A DNA stretch of 64,000 nt from positions 9,052,001-9,116,000 of the forward strand of contig OZ024742.1 in NCBI GenBank assembly GCA_964016885.1. The letters run 5' to 3'. The notes beneath the pieces are model-generated. The model did no database searches, was not told where the DNA came from, and saw nothing but the letters and a program-made list of their open reading frames with translations. Of the stretch, positions 39,871-55,245 are shown piece by piece. Made by a program: the position numbers and the translations under genes. How positions within the stretch are numbered: position 1 is the stretch's first letter; every line of letters starts with the position of its first letter. The stretch comes from Eledone cirrhosa (taxonomy: Eukaryota).

Positions 39871-40581
39871 TATACAACTTACACTTATATTTTACATATT
39901 ATTATAATTAGTTTTTTTAATTTAGTTTACCTATAATTAGTACTTTACTACAGAGAACTTCATAATTTTATTTCCCTCTTACAGCTCTCTTTTCCTAAAA
40001 TTAATACCTAAAAGTATACATATAAATTAATTTAATTTACTGTTATAAATCTAGATTCCTTGTAGTCTATATAAGATTGGCATTTCTCACTACTACCCTT
40101 ATCCCAAAATTTTATTTTCCTTCGTTTTTAACAACATTCTTTAATAACATATAATTCTTATTTATCACATCCATATGAATTAATATAAATTCATCCCTAT
40201 AAGTATACCTATCAATTAATTTAATTTCTTGTTATAGATCTAAATTCCTTGTGTTTTAAATAAGATTGGTATTTCTCACTAATACCCTTACCCTAAAATT
40301 TTATTCTCCCTCGTTTTTAACATTATTCTTTAATAACATCAAATTTTCGTGTACCCTTCACCGGCTTGACCTCTTTTCATCCCCAAAGTATTCTTTTCAT
40401 TCAAAGTATTCTTTCCATTCAAAACATAAGTCTGCATTCCTCTACCCCTAAATTAAATTTCTACTACTACTAACCTAGCAACTTGACCTCTTACTACTTG
40501 TCTATTGGTCAATTCAAAACCTGTTCCCAAACAGACCTATTATATTAAATCTTTATTGTTTTTTTTTCAATAAACAAATCT

Positions 40582-40706
40582 CATCATTTCTGAAGACAGC
40601 ATATATATGTGAAGGTATGTATATTTCCTCTGATAGTTTGTAATATTTTTACATAGATCTATATACCAACACACGTATATATCCTAGAAACGATCGTAAA
40701 ATGATG
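40582..40706 (+). ncRNA. Type I hammerhead with ~90-nt stem II region
   Basis: catcattt-CTGAAGA-...-GAAA-cgatcg-TA-aaatgatg (8-bp perfect stem I); homologs 41217-41350 (-) and 42912-43045 (+). Confidence 0.72.
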
Positions 40707-40904
40707 CATTTTTTAATATAAGGAACTTGTTCTTTGTTTTTATTCATTGTTTTTAATGATTATCTTAGACACTGTTTCCCTATGATTTTCATCGGACATT
40801 TTTGAATGCATCTTCTCTTTTCATTATATGTGGATTACATTGAGTTCTTCATACGGATTGGACACTACCGTATATTTTGGTAGATTTATCTACACACACA
40901 CACA

Positions 40905-43171
<2,267 letters not shown>

Positions 43172-43178
43172 ATGTATA

Positions 43179-43239
<61 letters not shown>

Positions 43240-43420
43240 ATATATATATATGTATATGTGTGTATATGTATGTATATACTTCTGTATGTATGTATGTGTG
43301 TATGTATATGTATGTATATTTGTATGTGTGTGTGTTTATATGTATGTGTGTGTATGTATGTATGTATGTATGTATGTATGTATGTATGTATATGTATGTG
43401 TATATGTATATATATGTATA

Positions 43421-43563
<143 letters not shown>

Positions 43564-43619
43564 GTATTTGAATGTATGTGTGTATGTGTGTATATATGTG
43601 TATATGTGTGTGTATGTAT

Positions 43620-45295
43620 ATTGGCCCTGGACATTCCGCACGCCATCTCACAGTCTTTGGCCTACTCCAATGCCACGGAACACCCGCCAATCGCCTTAGA
43701 GTCGAACAAAGAACTATCTTCATCTTACAGACCCATACCCCCCCCCCCCCCCGGCCTGAACTCCCCACCCTTATTCCTTTAGCCTTCGACCGCCCCCCTC
43801 CCCCCACACTTATCCCCCAATAACACCACTAACACACCCCTCCGTTTCACCACCCACCCCACAACTAACAATACTAATACCTTCACTCCACCCCTCATCC
43901 GACCACCCTTTCCCAACTAACATATTAACATCCCTCCGTTCTTCTCCTCCTCCCCCTCCTTATCACACGCACACACCCACCGGCACATATATACACGCGC
44001 TCACACTCAACACACACCCTACTACCACCACTAACCCCCACCCCCACACCTCCATCCCACCACCCCGCAACTAACCTCACTAACACCCCCTGACCCCAAG
44101 CACACGAACACACGCACCCACTTACACCACCCACTCCACACGCAACTAACATCACTAACACCCTCCAACCCACACACCCTCCTACACCACCAACTCTACA
44201 CACCCTGCCACCACTAACACCCCCTTCATCAAACTACACACACACCAGTACACCACACTCCCTCCATAGAACTACACACACACCCTCGCTCCACACCCAC
44301 TCTTCCCACTAACACCTCTACTAATACACACACACCCTCCTCACTCCAACTTTCACACCTACCCATCCTCGCCCCTTTACCATTCCACCTGACTGCTGCT
44401 ATGCCCTCTGACCACCTCCCAGCACAAACAGACACACAGCACTCCCACCGCTTGATCACTTCATGTTGCGCGCGCACCCCACATCTCTCCTCTTCCGACC
44501 ATCTCTTCATGGAATACTCGTATGTGGAACTTGACCACCACGGAATCTACTAAACATCATAGGAATTTACCAACATTTCAACCATCCTCTTACGGAATCA
44601 CCTAGATAACTCACCCACACACACACCCCAAAAAAATGTTTTCTCCCACACGGCACCTACGCCCACAACACGCTTAAATCCCACACACACGTGCTTTCCA
44701 CCACATATTTACACCCTCAGCCTCCTGATTCCTCTCCCCCCACACCTCTATCCACACACGCACAGACACTCCGACCTACAACCACCCCCACACACACCTC
44801 TTCCTGAACATGCAACACGGTTCTTCCCCCAACCCTTACTTTCACATACACACGCACACACACACACACACGTACACCTACACACACACACCACCTTCAG
44901 CCCTCCCCGCTCGGACACCCCGTCTCCCTCTCCCCACTCCACCCGCCACCACCCCTACATACCCCACACCCTTCCAGCACCTGTTTTACCCCTTTTTAAT
45001 TTCAGTTTATTTTGATCATGCGTTTATATTTATTTTTATTTCATTCCTTTTATTTTGATCAGGCTTTATTTTTAATTTTATTTTTAATTTCATTCGCACC
45101 GTTTCCTTTCGCTATATGTCTCTCCACCACTCCCTACACACCCTTTGAACTCTGTTCCCACACACTTCTCACCTGAGGAAGGGCTTATGCCCGAAACGAC
45201 GTTCCCCACCACCACCCCACTCTCCAGAGCGTGAAATTAATAAACATTCGTTGTACTGCCTCTCTGTTTTGTTCCTGTTCAAATTTTTCCATTAT
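43620..45295 (+). mobile_element. 5'-truncated Neptune-type PLE end with long C-rich 3' UTR
   Basis: [30 protein letters not shown] (GIY-YIG C-terminus); HHR at 45171-45202; AATAAA at ~45239; (TA)n flanks. Confidence 0.75.
45171..45202 (+). ncRNA. Minimal hammerhead, cleavage triplet mutated
   Basis: CTGAGGA-a-gggc ttat gccc-GAAA-cg-AC (TC expected). Confidence 0.65.
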
Positions 45296-45363
45296 ACATA
45301 TGTATATATATGTGTATGTGTGTGTAAGTGTTTATATATATATATGTATATATATATATGTAA

Positions 45364-45395
<32 letters not shown>

Positions 45396-45400
45396 GTATA

Positions 45401-45451
<51 letters not shown>

Positions 45452-45518
45452 ATATGTGTAAATATATATACATATATATATATGTGTATATGCGTGTATG
45501 TGTATGTATGTGTGTATG

Positions 45519-45580
<62 letters not shown>

Positions 45581-45804
45581 TATACATGTGTGTATACATA
45601 TATATATATATATATGTATTTATATATATATATGTATATATATGTATATATATATATATGTGTATGTGTGTATGTATATATGTGTATATATATGTATATA
45701 TGTATGTATATATATGTGTGTATGTGTATATGTGTGTGTATATATGTGTATATATGTTATATATATGTATATATATATATGTGTGTATGTGTATATATAT
45801 AAGT

Positions 45805-45870
<66 letters not shown>

Positions 45871-45873
<3 letters not shown>

Positions 45874-46622
45874 AGAGACGTAAGATAAGAAAATTATAAA
45901 ATTATAAAAAAATTATAAAATTGACTTACTTACTAAAATATCACTTCCAACTAATTAGTTTCTGGAATGGAGTAAATATATTTTTCGAAGAACATATAAA
46001 AAGCATTCCGTCGTCAGGAAAGTCTCTTTTCATGTAAGTTTCCAGGCATAGCGAGGACTCTGGAAACTTATTAAAGAAATAATTCAGTGGAGAGCAAATA
46101 GCGAAGCGTGGACTGAAATCCTAGCCATTGAGAAAATCACTGTCTCTACGTCCGTGGCGAATTCAAAAAGAATCAATCACGTGACATCGATGTCACGTGA
46201 TTGATTCTTTTTGAATTCGCCACGGACGTAGAGACAGTGATTTTCTCAATGGCTAGGATTTCAGTCCACGCTTCGCTATTTGCTCTCCACTGAATTATTT
46301 CTTTAATAAGTTTCCAGAGTCCTCGCTATGCCTGGAAACTTACATGAAAAGAGACTTTCCTGACGACGGAATGCTTTTTATATGTTCTTCGAAAAATATA
46401 TTTACTCCATTCCAGAAACTAATTAGTTGGAAGTGATATTTTAGTAAGTAAGTCAATTTTATAATGTTTTTTATAATTTTATAATTTTCTTATCTTACGT
46501 CTCTCATATTATTGTTCTGCAACCCCATGCATTGAACCACAATGTTACTAAGACAAAACCTATATATTTGCTAGCATTGATATGCATCTGTATGTATATA
46601 AATGTTACTAGATATAAATTCT
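45871..46622. mobile_element. Spacerless ~637-bp palindrome of HHR family A plus right tail
   Basis: Centre ATCGAT at 46188/46189; arms identical by eye except a 1-nt indel; tail 46508-46622 homologous to 35121-35232. Confidence 0.92.
46354..46434 (+). ncRNA. Type I hammerhead (family A; mirror 45943-46023 on minus)
   Basis: actttc-CTGACGA-(ggaatg/cattcc)-GAAA-ctaattag-TT-ggaagt. Confidence 0.8.
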
Positions 46623-48534
46623 TTATATATATATATGTATGTATATATGTATATATATATCTTCAGGTTTGTTGGTTCACCACTGGATAGAACTGGTCAT
46701 TCCGTATGGTCAATCCTGGTGTAATATTGTGAAGAGTACTCAATACAGTGCAGTTCACCCATCTTCGTTTGTGTAGTTAGTGGTGCGAATACGGAGTTAT
46801 TTATAAATAAAATAAAATAACAGGAGGCTGGACTGGTGTAAATCCTTGAAAGGTTTATTATACTATGATCAATTCAATGACCGGGTTCCATATGAATTCG
46901 GTGATATCCTCACGTATTGGAATATAACAATGGAATATGTAAAAAACCATGGTTCCGAAAAATCAGAGACAGAGACAAAGAGGACGACCGACCAACTAGC
47001 TGCTCGGCCAGCCACCCTCAAAGTGGTGGCAACTGAATCTACTAATGAATATCTGGTGAGGAGGTGAAGGCTTATAATTCACTACCACCACTCCGTCAAA
47101 GAAAAAGAGTAAGAAAGAAGTCAGTGTAAGGGTCATACTGCATTCACGCTAGAAAATGCTACTCTAAAGAATCTATAATGGGTGTATGTATGGTGAACCG
47201 AAGATTGGAACGTTAAACTTATGTTGCGAGTTATAGGATGAAATTAAATTAAATTAAAAATATTAAATTGCAAAATGATAAATTGAAAAATAAGTTATTA
47301 GAGAATTAAAGATTAAGGTTGCGAGATTTATTTATTTAATGAACTTACGGAGAGAGTCTTATATGAACAAATTTATCTCGATAAGATATTAGGATGGGCT
47401 ATAGAGTAAAGATTTCGATTGGGAGTTCCAGCCAGCACCCCCCCCCCACCATGAGTCAGCCAGTCTCGAGTGGTATCGTCCAGCGAAAGAAATGGAAATT
47501 AATTTTTCCGAGTACTCTAGGAACATAGCTACCTTAGGCACCGGGAGCGCTAGCGGGAACTCCACAATTTCGACAGGCCATCGTCTATACCAAACGAATA
47601 CTATTAAATCACACATGAGGGGTTTATTTACGTGGCAGTAGAGGCATAATACAGCTAATAGTTATGCCTAAACCTGGAGTTTATAGGTATAAGTATAATG
47701 TGGCGGCCAAAACAGGCGGCGCGGTGGGACTGGGGCAAAGCAAGCTGCTCCGAGTAATTTCGTTCCGAGCACTCAAGGAAGGCTGAACTTTCCGAGTGCC
47801 AAGCGCGCAGCCGTAAAAAGCCACCACACAAGTCGAAGGTAGCAACCCAATGGAAAGTGTAAATAGACCAAAATTATTTTAAAGTCCCAATTAGTCCGGG
47901 TTATAAGTAGTGTGGTTCTTAGGTGGATAGGAGGCTATGAAAGGTGCATAATGACCTGTGTAGGGAAAGTTACAAAAAAATAATAAAAGCGGCATACAAA
48001 GATAGAATACCAATATAAAGATAGAATACATTGATAAAAATACATTAATAAAATAATACAAAAATAATAAAATAATAAAAAAATAAAAAAATAAAAAAAT
48101 AAAAAAATAAAAAAAATAAAAAAATAAAAAAATAAAAAAATAAAAAAATAAAAAAATAAAAAAAATATACATTAATGAAATAAAAAAATAAAAATTAATA
48201 AAGGTAAATAAGAATCAATATAAATCAAGTTGTAGTAAGATGATACAAGTTGTACATATAGATATAGATATAGAGGATGGAGAAGATGGAATGGTAACAG
48301 GTTGTATCTAGTGTAAAGTTCGGGTCTCCGAATTCAGTGCGTGTCACAAAAAGTCCTGAGGTATAGAGTAGAGAATTCAGTCAATACAATACATGTTTTA
48401 GCATAATACGTAGAGTTTTGTCGGAATCGGAATCATCCCGACAAGGAAGTAGTTTCAGGTGGCGGTAGATAAGGCGCAGAGCAGCCAAAATCCGAATGGA
48501 TTATTATTTTATTAATGTATTTTTATCAATGTCT

Positions 48535-50235
48535 GGTTCTCACCAGACCTACTCCTGTCCGGCCCACAGCAGACCTTCTCCTCCCCGGCCCTCACCAGAC
48601 CAAATCCTGTCAGCCCCACACCAGACCTACCCCTGTCCGACCATCACCAGACCAAATCCTGTCCGGCCCACACCACACATACTCCTGTTCGGCCCACACC
48701 AGACCTACTCCTTTTCGGCCAACAGCAGACATAATCCTGTCCGCCCCACACCAGACCTACCGCTGTCCGCCCCACACCACACCTACTCCTGTCCGCCCCA
48801 CACCACACCTACTCCTGTCCTCCCCACACCACACCTACTCCTGTCCGCCCCACACCATAACTACCCCTGTCTACCCCATACCACACCTACTCCTGTCCGG
48901 CCCTCACCATACCTACCCCTGTCCTCCCCAAACCACACCTACCCCTCTCTGCCCCCGACCAGACCTACCCCTGTCCGCCCCACACCAGACATACCCCTGT
49001 CCGCCCCACGTCAGACCTACCCCTGTCCGCCCCACAACACACCTATCCGTGTCTGCCCCACACCACAACTACTCCTGTTCGGCCCACACCAGACCTACCC
49101 CTGTCCGCCCCACTCCACACCTACGACTGTCCGCCCCACACCACACCTACCCCAGTCAATCCCACACCATACCTACCCCTGTCCGCCCCACACCAGACCT
49201 ACCCCTGTCCGCCCCACACCATACCTACCCCTGTCCGCTCCACACCAGACCTACCCCTGTCCGCCCCACACCACACCTACTCCTGTCCGCACCACACCAC
49301 ACCTACTCCTGTCCGCCACACACCACACCTACCCGTGTCCGCCCCACAACACACCTACCGCTGTCCGCCCCACACCACACCTACCCCTGTCCGCCCCACA
49401 ACACACCTACCGCTGTCCGCCCCACACCACACCTACCCCTGTCCGCCCCACAACACACCTACCGCTGTCCGCCCCACAACACAACTACTCCTGTCCGCCC
49501 CACACCAGACCTACCGCTGTCCGCCCCACACCACACCTACCCCTGTCCACCCCACACCACAACTACTCCTGTCCGCCCCACACCAGACCTACTCCTGTTC
49601 GGCCCACACCACACCTACTCATGTCCGCCCCACACCACACCTACCCCTGTCCGTGTCCCACAACAGACCTACTCCTGTCCGCCCCACACCAGACCTACCG
49701 CTGTCCGCCCCACAACACACCTACCCGTGTCAGCCCCACACCACACCTACTCCTGTCCTCCCCACACCACACCTACCCCTGTCCGCCACACACCACACCT
49801 ACCCCTGTCCGCCCCACAACACACCTACCCCTGTCCGCCCCACACCAGACCTACCCCTGTCCGCCCCACACCAGACCTACTCCTGTCCGACCCACACCTT
49901 TCCTACCCCTGTCCGCCCCACAACGCACCTACCCCTGTCCACACCACACCACACCTACCCCTGTCCGCCCCACAACACACCTACCCCTGTCCGCCCCACA
50001 ACAGACCTACCCCTGTCCGCACCACACCACACCTACCCCTGTCCGCCCCACACCAGACCTACGCCTGTCCGCCCTACACCACACCTACCCCTGTCCGCCC
50101 CACAACATATCTACCCCTGTCCGCCCCACAACATACCTACCCCTGTCCGCCCCACACCACACCTACCCATGTCCGCCCCACACCACACCTACCCCTGTCC
50201 GCCCCACACCAGACCTACCCATGTCCGCCCCACAC
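48535..50235. repeat. 26-bp C-rich minisatellite (ACCCCTGTCCGCCCCACACCACACCT)
   Basis: Period 26 (49201 to 49227); translations cycle through three frames. Confidence 0.95.
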
Positions 50236-50429
50236 ATATATTGAACTCAATATTATCTCCCAGCTACTTCACAATTGACCCAGTTTGATTATTGGTTTTC
50301 TCTCTTTAAACAACAGAACTGTTTCTAATTTACAGACATGATAATTACACAGTATTGCTGATCATTGATCGATCGCAATTGGTTATCAAATGTTGTTTGA
50401 TTAAATGTATTATTTGATAAAGACTTAGT

Positions 50430-50850
50430 TCTATTGGTAGTGGTGGGGAAAGATGGCGGAGGTGGGGAGCTTAACGATGGAGGTACGGAAGAAGGTGGTG
50501 GTGTTTGTGTATGTGAAGGGGTGCTGAAGAGAATGGAGGAGTTGGTGTAAGGTAGCGTTGGCAGAAGTGGTGGTGGTGATGGTATTGACGGTGGTAGTGG
50601 TGATGGTGGTGATAGTGGTGATGGTGGTAGTGTTGATGGTGTTGGTGGTGGTAGTGTTGATGGTGTTGGTGGTGGTGGTGATGGTGGTAGTGATGATGGT
50701 GGTAGATGTGATGATGGTGATGGTGGTAGATGTGATGGTGGTAGTGGTGATGGTGGTAGTGGTGGTAGTGGTTGTGTTTATGGTGGTAATGCTGACAGTT
50801 GTGGTTGTGGTGGTTGTTATTGTAGCTGCGGTTGTGGTGTTTGTGATGTG
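50430..50850. repeat. Degenerate (GGT/GAT)n low-complexity tract
   Basis: Directly visible. Confidence 0.85.
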
Positions 50851-51069
50851 CGTTGAAGTCTGTCCATTAAGAAGCAGACGACTTAAGAAATGTCCCACAC
50901 GCTAAACGCTTTCTTTCCTCATAACTTAATACACTTTTTAAACAAGGTCTTCCGCAGATTAACATTACGGGAATAGCCACAGCTAATATCAAACTGTGAG
51001 GGAAGCATTTACGACCATACTTAAATATGGAGTGATACGCGATGCCCCCCCCCCCCCCACACACACACA

Positions 51070-51310
51070 CACAGCCCCGGCGGTAAGAATGGAGAAGGCG
51101 TTTCCCCGGAGGACGGCAAGGGAGACGCGCTGGAAAAGCCACTCCAACTCGCGGGGCTCACACCTGCGGCTGGCCAGCTCAGCGCCTATGGTGGTGAGTA
51201 GGGAGGTAGCCCTAGGGCCGAGGACACCAGAAGTCTCCACTGCCAGTGGTACAACCTCAAACCTGTCGGAGAGCGACCGGTATTTGAGGGGTTTTTTCCT
51301 CCTCAGCCCG
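51070..51310 (-). mobile_element. 3' fragment of a CRE-like (restriction-like endonuclease) non-LTR retrotransposon
   Basis: KYRSL..VPLAVETSGVLG..IG..L..WLFQRVSLAVLRGNAFSIL; ends in (GT)n. Confidence 0.75.
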
Positions 51311-51606
51311 GCGTGCATCAGACTGCACCAGGTTGTGGCGATGTCGATGGGGGTTTTATTAGTGCGAAATATAGTTTTGCTGGTTGACGAGAGAGATAGT
51401 AGTGGACGGAGTTTTGGGGAATTAGTTTTAGGTGACTTTGGTGGTCCTCCGGAGGAATGATGTCTCTGTCACCAATGAAGTTATTGGAGGTTGTATCGAT
51501 GATAATACTGGACTGACACTTGCTCCCTCTTTGGTCATGGTTTATCATTCAATGTCGCTAGTTTTAAGTTGGTTCATCGGAATAATGCTTGTAAATTTGA
51601 CATTAA

Positions 51607-51900
51607 CCCTTTAGCATTTACATTACTCTATATTTTCTATTGTATTTTAACAGTAAAGGTTTTACTTCACATAATATCTCACATAACATTTACATTACTC
51701 TATATATACTATTGTATTTTAACAGTAAAGGCTTTACCTCACATAATTATCTAACATAATATCAAATTTATGAGATTTTGATATCATTTATTTTGAGAAC
51801 AATAAAATTAACATCAGTATGAGCGGCCAGTTACGGCTGGTTTGAACAGAAAGAGGAGAAAGAATTCTGGCCGGATGAAGCCGCTTTAAATGCTAAAGGG
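51607..51900. mobile_element. piggyBac-type MITE
   Basis: 14-bp TIR CCCTTTAGCATTTA; TTAA on both sides (51603-51606, 51901-51904). Confidence 0.85.
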
Positions 51901-53394
51901 TTAATCCTAATAGTGAACATATTGGAGTTGTTAAGGTGGTGGTGTAATGGTAAATGTAGTAGGATAAGGAAGGAGAGGTTGATATTATTTAAAATATATG
52001 TAAGAAATCCATCAATAGAAATACTCATATGTACATATATAAATCCATCCTTACATAAATATGTAATAATCCTCTTTTGATATAAAGCTCACACTGAGCC
52101 CCATGGAGTCCTACAGTAATACAATGTCACATGAACGTCATGACCAAAATGTGACAATAGACACTTTCTGTCATCCTGTAATTCAGCAGTGAATAGAAAC
52201 CGTGTTGCAGTCTCACATCGTCTCATTGTTCTCAACCTTGCTTCTACGGTCTTTGTTAATAAATCGAAAACGAAAAGTAAAGAGGATGAAACCAGAAATT
52301 TACGTAGGAATTTATAACAATAAAGAATTTTGTCTAAATAGTTCACATGGGCGGATTTTATCGGTGGGGGTTTCTGACCAATATATCAGAATAGAAAGTA
52401 TGGAAGAGTTCGAAAAGATTAATCGGCAGGCATTGATAGATTAATCGATTTTGTAAGTAAACTATTGATGCTGAAAAGCAGAGAAACTTTTGTGCGAAGA
52501 ATGTCTGTAGAGTTATAGTAATAAATCACAAAAGATTAGCATCTACATTGTGAACTATCGTATATTGGCGTACGTTTCACTCACTGCTAAAATTTAAGAG
52601 GTTGGACAGTAACTGGCAATAGAGAGGAAATGCAGGGAATGGCTGTTATGTTTAGAATAACGCAAATATAACTAAATCCGAGCATTTCTGCTTGTCAGGG
52701 AATCTGACCCATATTATGTTCTGACAGAAAGAAAAATATTGAAAAGAAATAAAAAAACAAAATCTTTGACCTCTTAATGGAACAGAGCTGTTCTTGATTA
52801 CTGAATGGTTGAAATGCGGTAGGTGACCTATCAATAGTGATCAATGAAATATGTATATCGAATAGCTATCTGAATATTCAAAGGTGAGAAATGAAAAAAA
52901 AAAAGAAATGTTTTGATTCCTTAGCGTACATAAGCAAAGCAATGTTTTTATTCTCTAATATTTCTTAAAAAATAGCCTAGCTCTATGTACCACCCCCACT
53001 AACCTATCAGAAGTTCTATTAGCAGGGATAATATCGTTTATGTATGTAAATAAAAGGGTTACGATTTAGTGTTTTGTTCTTTAACCGAACGTTAGAAATG
53101 TCACAAAAATATTGGAAAATTAGACGGAGTACCAGTTTCATAATGAGGGTGTATATTGTAAACACTTGGTCTCTTCTATATTGAGTGTCCTTGTGCCCAG
53201 GGAGGAAGTTATTATTCAAAATAAGAATTGATTACATGTAAATAATAAAATAAAACACAGGAATTACGAAAAAAGACGAATGAACAAGTTCTTGAGGAAT
53301 GAAAACACACACTCACACAAACATACACTCACTCACGCACTCACACACACTTACACACACATATTTCTGTGTATGTGTGTGGTTATATACATAC

Positions 53395-53464
<70 letters not shown>

Positions 53465-53542
53465 TGTATATATATATATATATATATAGATGTATATATA
53501 TATATATATATAGATGTATATATATATATATATATATATATA

Positions 53543-53580
<38 letters not shown>

Positions 53581-53608
53581 TGTATATATATATATATATA
53601 TATATATA

Positions 53609-53736
<128 letters not shown>

Positions 53737-53810
53737 CATATATATTAATATATATATATATATATATATACGATATTAATAAATGGAAACTATATTTATA
53801 AAACCATATT

Positions 53811-53875
53811 TATTTCATTATACATATTTCAGGGATACCAAATTAAATTATGGCATGCCTTCATCAGACAAAATA
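53811..53875 (-). ncRNA. Type I hammerhead (same family as the 9.6-kb hairpin)
   Basis: tattttgt-CTGATGA-(aggcatgcca/tggtatccct)-GAAA-tatgta-TA-atgaaata; abuts (TA)n at ~53771. Confidence 0.72.
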
Positions 53876-54251
53876 CAATATATAACAGTTTTACAAATAC
53901 GCTTTGACGTATCCTATTAAAATGCAACCATTGTTTTTGGAATTCATCCGGATAGTGATTTGTTTATAATACTTTAATAAGTCATAGTGTTAAGGACAAT
54001 TAGAAAAAGACGGAGAGAAAGAAAAAAAACGTGGAGAAATATCTGAGAGAGAGAGATGCATGGAAAAAAAAGAAAGAGATAAGTAAAGACAGGAGGAAAG
54101 GACGAAAGAAGAAAAAAGGAAGAAATAAGAAAAACAGAGGAAAGCAACAGACAGATAGAAAAACTGAAGAGAGAGAAATATTTGTCGAGTGCTTTATATC
54201 AGTTATAAAAATATTTACTTGTTGTATCCCAACAATTTTAAATAGAACTTT

Positions 54252-54285
<34 letters not shown>

Positions 54286-54443
54286 TATATATGTATATAT
54301 TAATATATGTGTATATTAATATATATGTGTACATACATATATGCATATACATATATATATATATATATCACGACCTTTTAGACCTGTTGGAGTGAGGTTA
54401 TATATTTTGTCGTTCCTGGGGTTTTTAACACTAGGACAGGAAA

Positions 54444-54529
54444 ATGCTTCTCTGATGATCGTTGCTTTTCCATTAATATCCTCGTGATATTTAATGTTTT
54501 GCACCGTGAAACTGTACAGTTAGGGCCAT
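54444..54529 (+). ncRNA. Type I hammerhead (family B, unit 1)
   Basis: atgcttct-CTGATGA-stem II-GAAA-ctgtacag-TT-agggccat. Confidence 0.8.
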
Positions 54530-54970
54530 TTGAATAGGTAAATATTTATATTATATTTTTTAATTTTGATTAATTTTAATTGTATATTAATTTTTTATTT
54601 ATTTTGAAAAATTGGTTGAATTTTACTTGTTCTGCTTATCTCGATATTAAGTTCTGGTATATCAAATTATTACCATAGAACCACCTTAAATCATAGACAC
54701 ACTATATATTTCCGGGGGTACATTGTACCCTTAGATATATATTAACCTTATTCAATAATCTCCAGTATGTAGAGATACAAATTTGTCGTTCTATTTAGTT
54801 ACTAAAAATCTTTTTTTAGTGGCGATTATAGACGGCGAGTCTACGATTTCCCGCCTTCACTATACACCAATGTATTTACGGGTCACATTCACGACCTTTT
54901 AGACCTGTATTAGTTGGAGTGAGGTCATATATTTTGTCGTTCCTGGGGTTTTTAACCCTAGGACAGGAAA

Positions 54971-55056
54971 ATGCTTCTCTGATGATCGTTGCTTTTCCAT
55001 TAATATCCTCGTGATATTTAATGTTTTGCACCGTGAAACTGTACAGTTAGGGCCAT
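54971..55056 (+). ncRNA. Type I hammerhead (family B, unit 2)
   Basis: Identical by eye to 54444-54529. Confidence 0.8.
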
Positions 55057-55166
55057 TTGAATAGGTAAATATTTATATTATATTTTTTAATTTTGATTAA
55101 TTTTAATTGTATATTAATTTTGATTTATTTTGAAAAATTGGTTGAATTTTACTTGTTCTGCTTATC

Positions 55167-55245
<79 letters not shown>

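Larger units (their letters stand above)
38510..40892 (+). mobile_element. 5'-truncated decayed PLE (Nematis-like) with 3' UTR, HHR and tail
   Basis: [25 protein letters not shown]; CNCRNKRYCPLKGNCLTNNIVYKC..FKVRFNIHNHSF..CRLC..LNKRQE..CNH; short inverted arm 38510-38541. Confidence 0.88.
54368..55173 (+). mobile_element. Tandem 1.5-mer of a ~527-nt non-coding unit with one HHR per unit (family B; retrozyme-like)
   Basis: 54368-54646 repeats at 54889-55173; no ORF; (TA)n flanks. Confidence 0.85.

Noticed and set aside
47750-47815. Possible hammerhead on minus (stem GCACTC/GAGTGC followed by GAAA)
   Set aside because: No CUGANGA box or convincing stem I
48496-50288. Long Pro/Thr/His-rich ORFs (582, 587, 317 aa) resembling extensin or mucin
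   Set aside because: Translations of a stop-free 26-bp repeat, open in all three frames
52180-52444. Possible host terminal exon or 80-aa ORF
   Set aside because: No recognisable protein similarity and weak splice context
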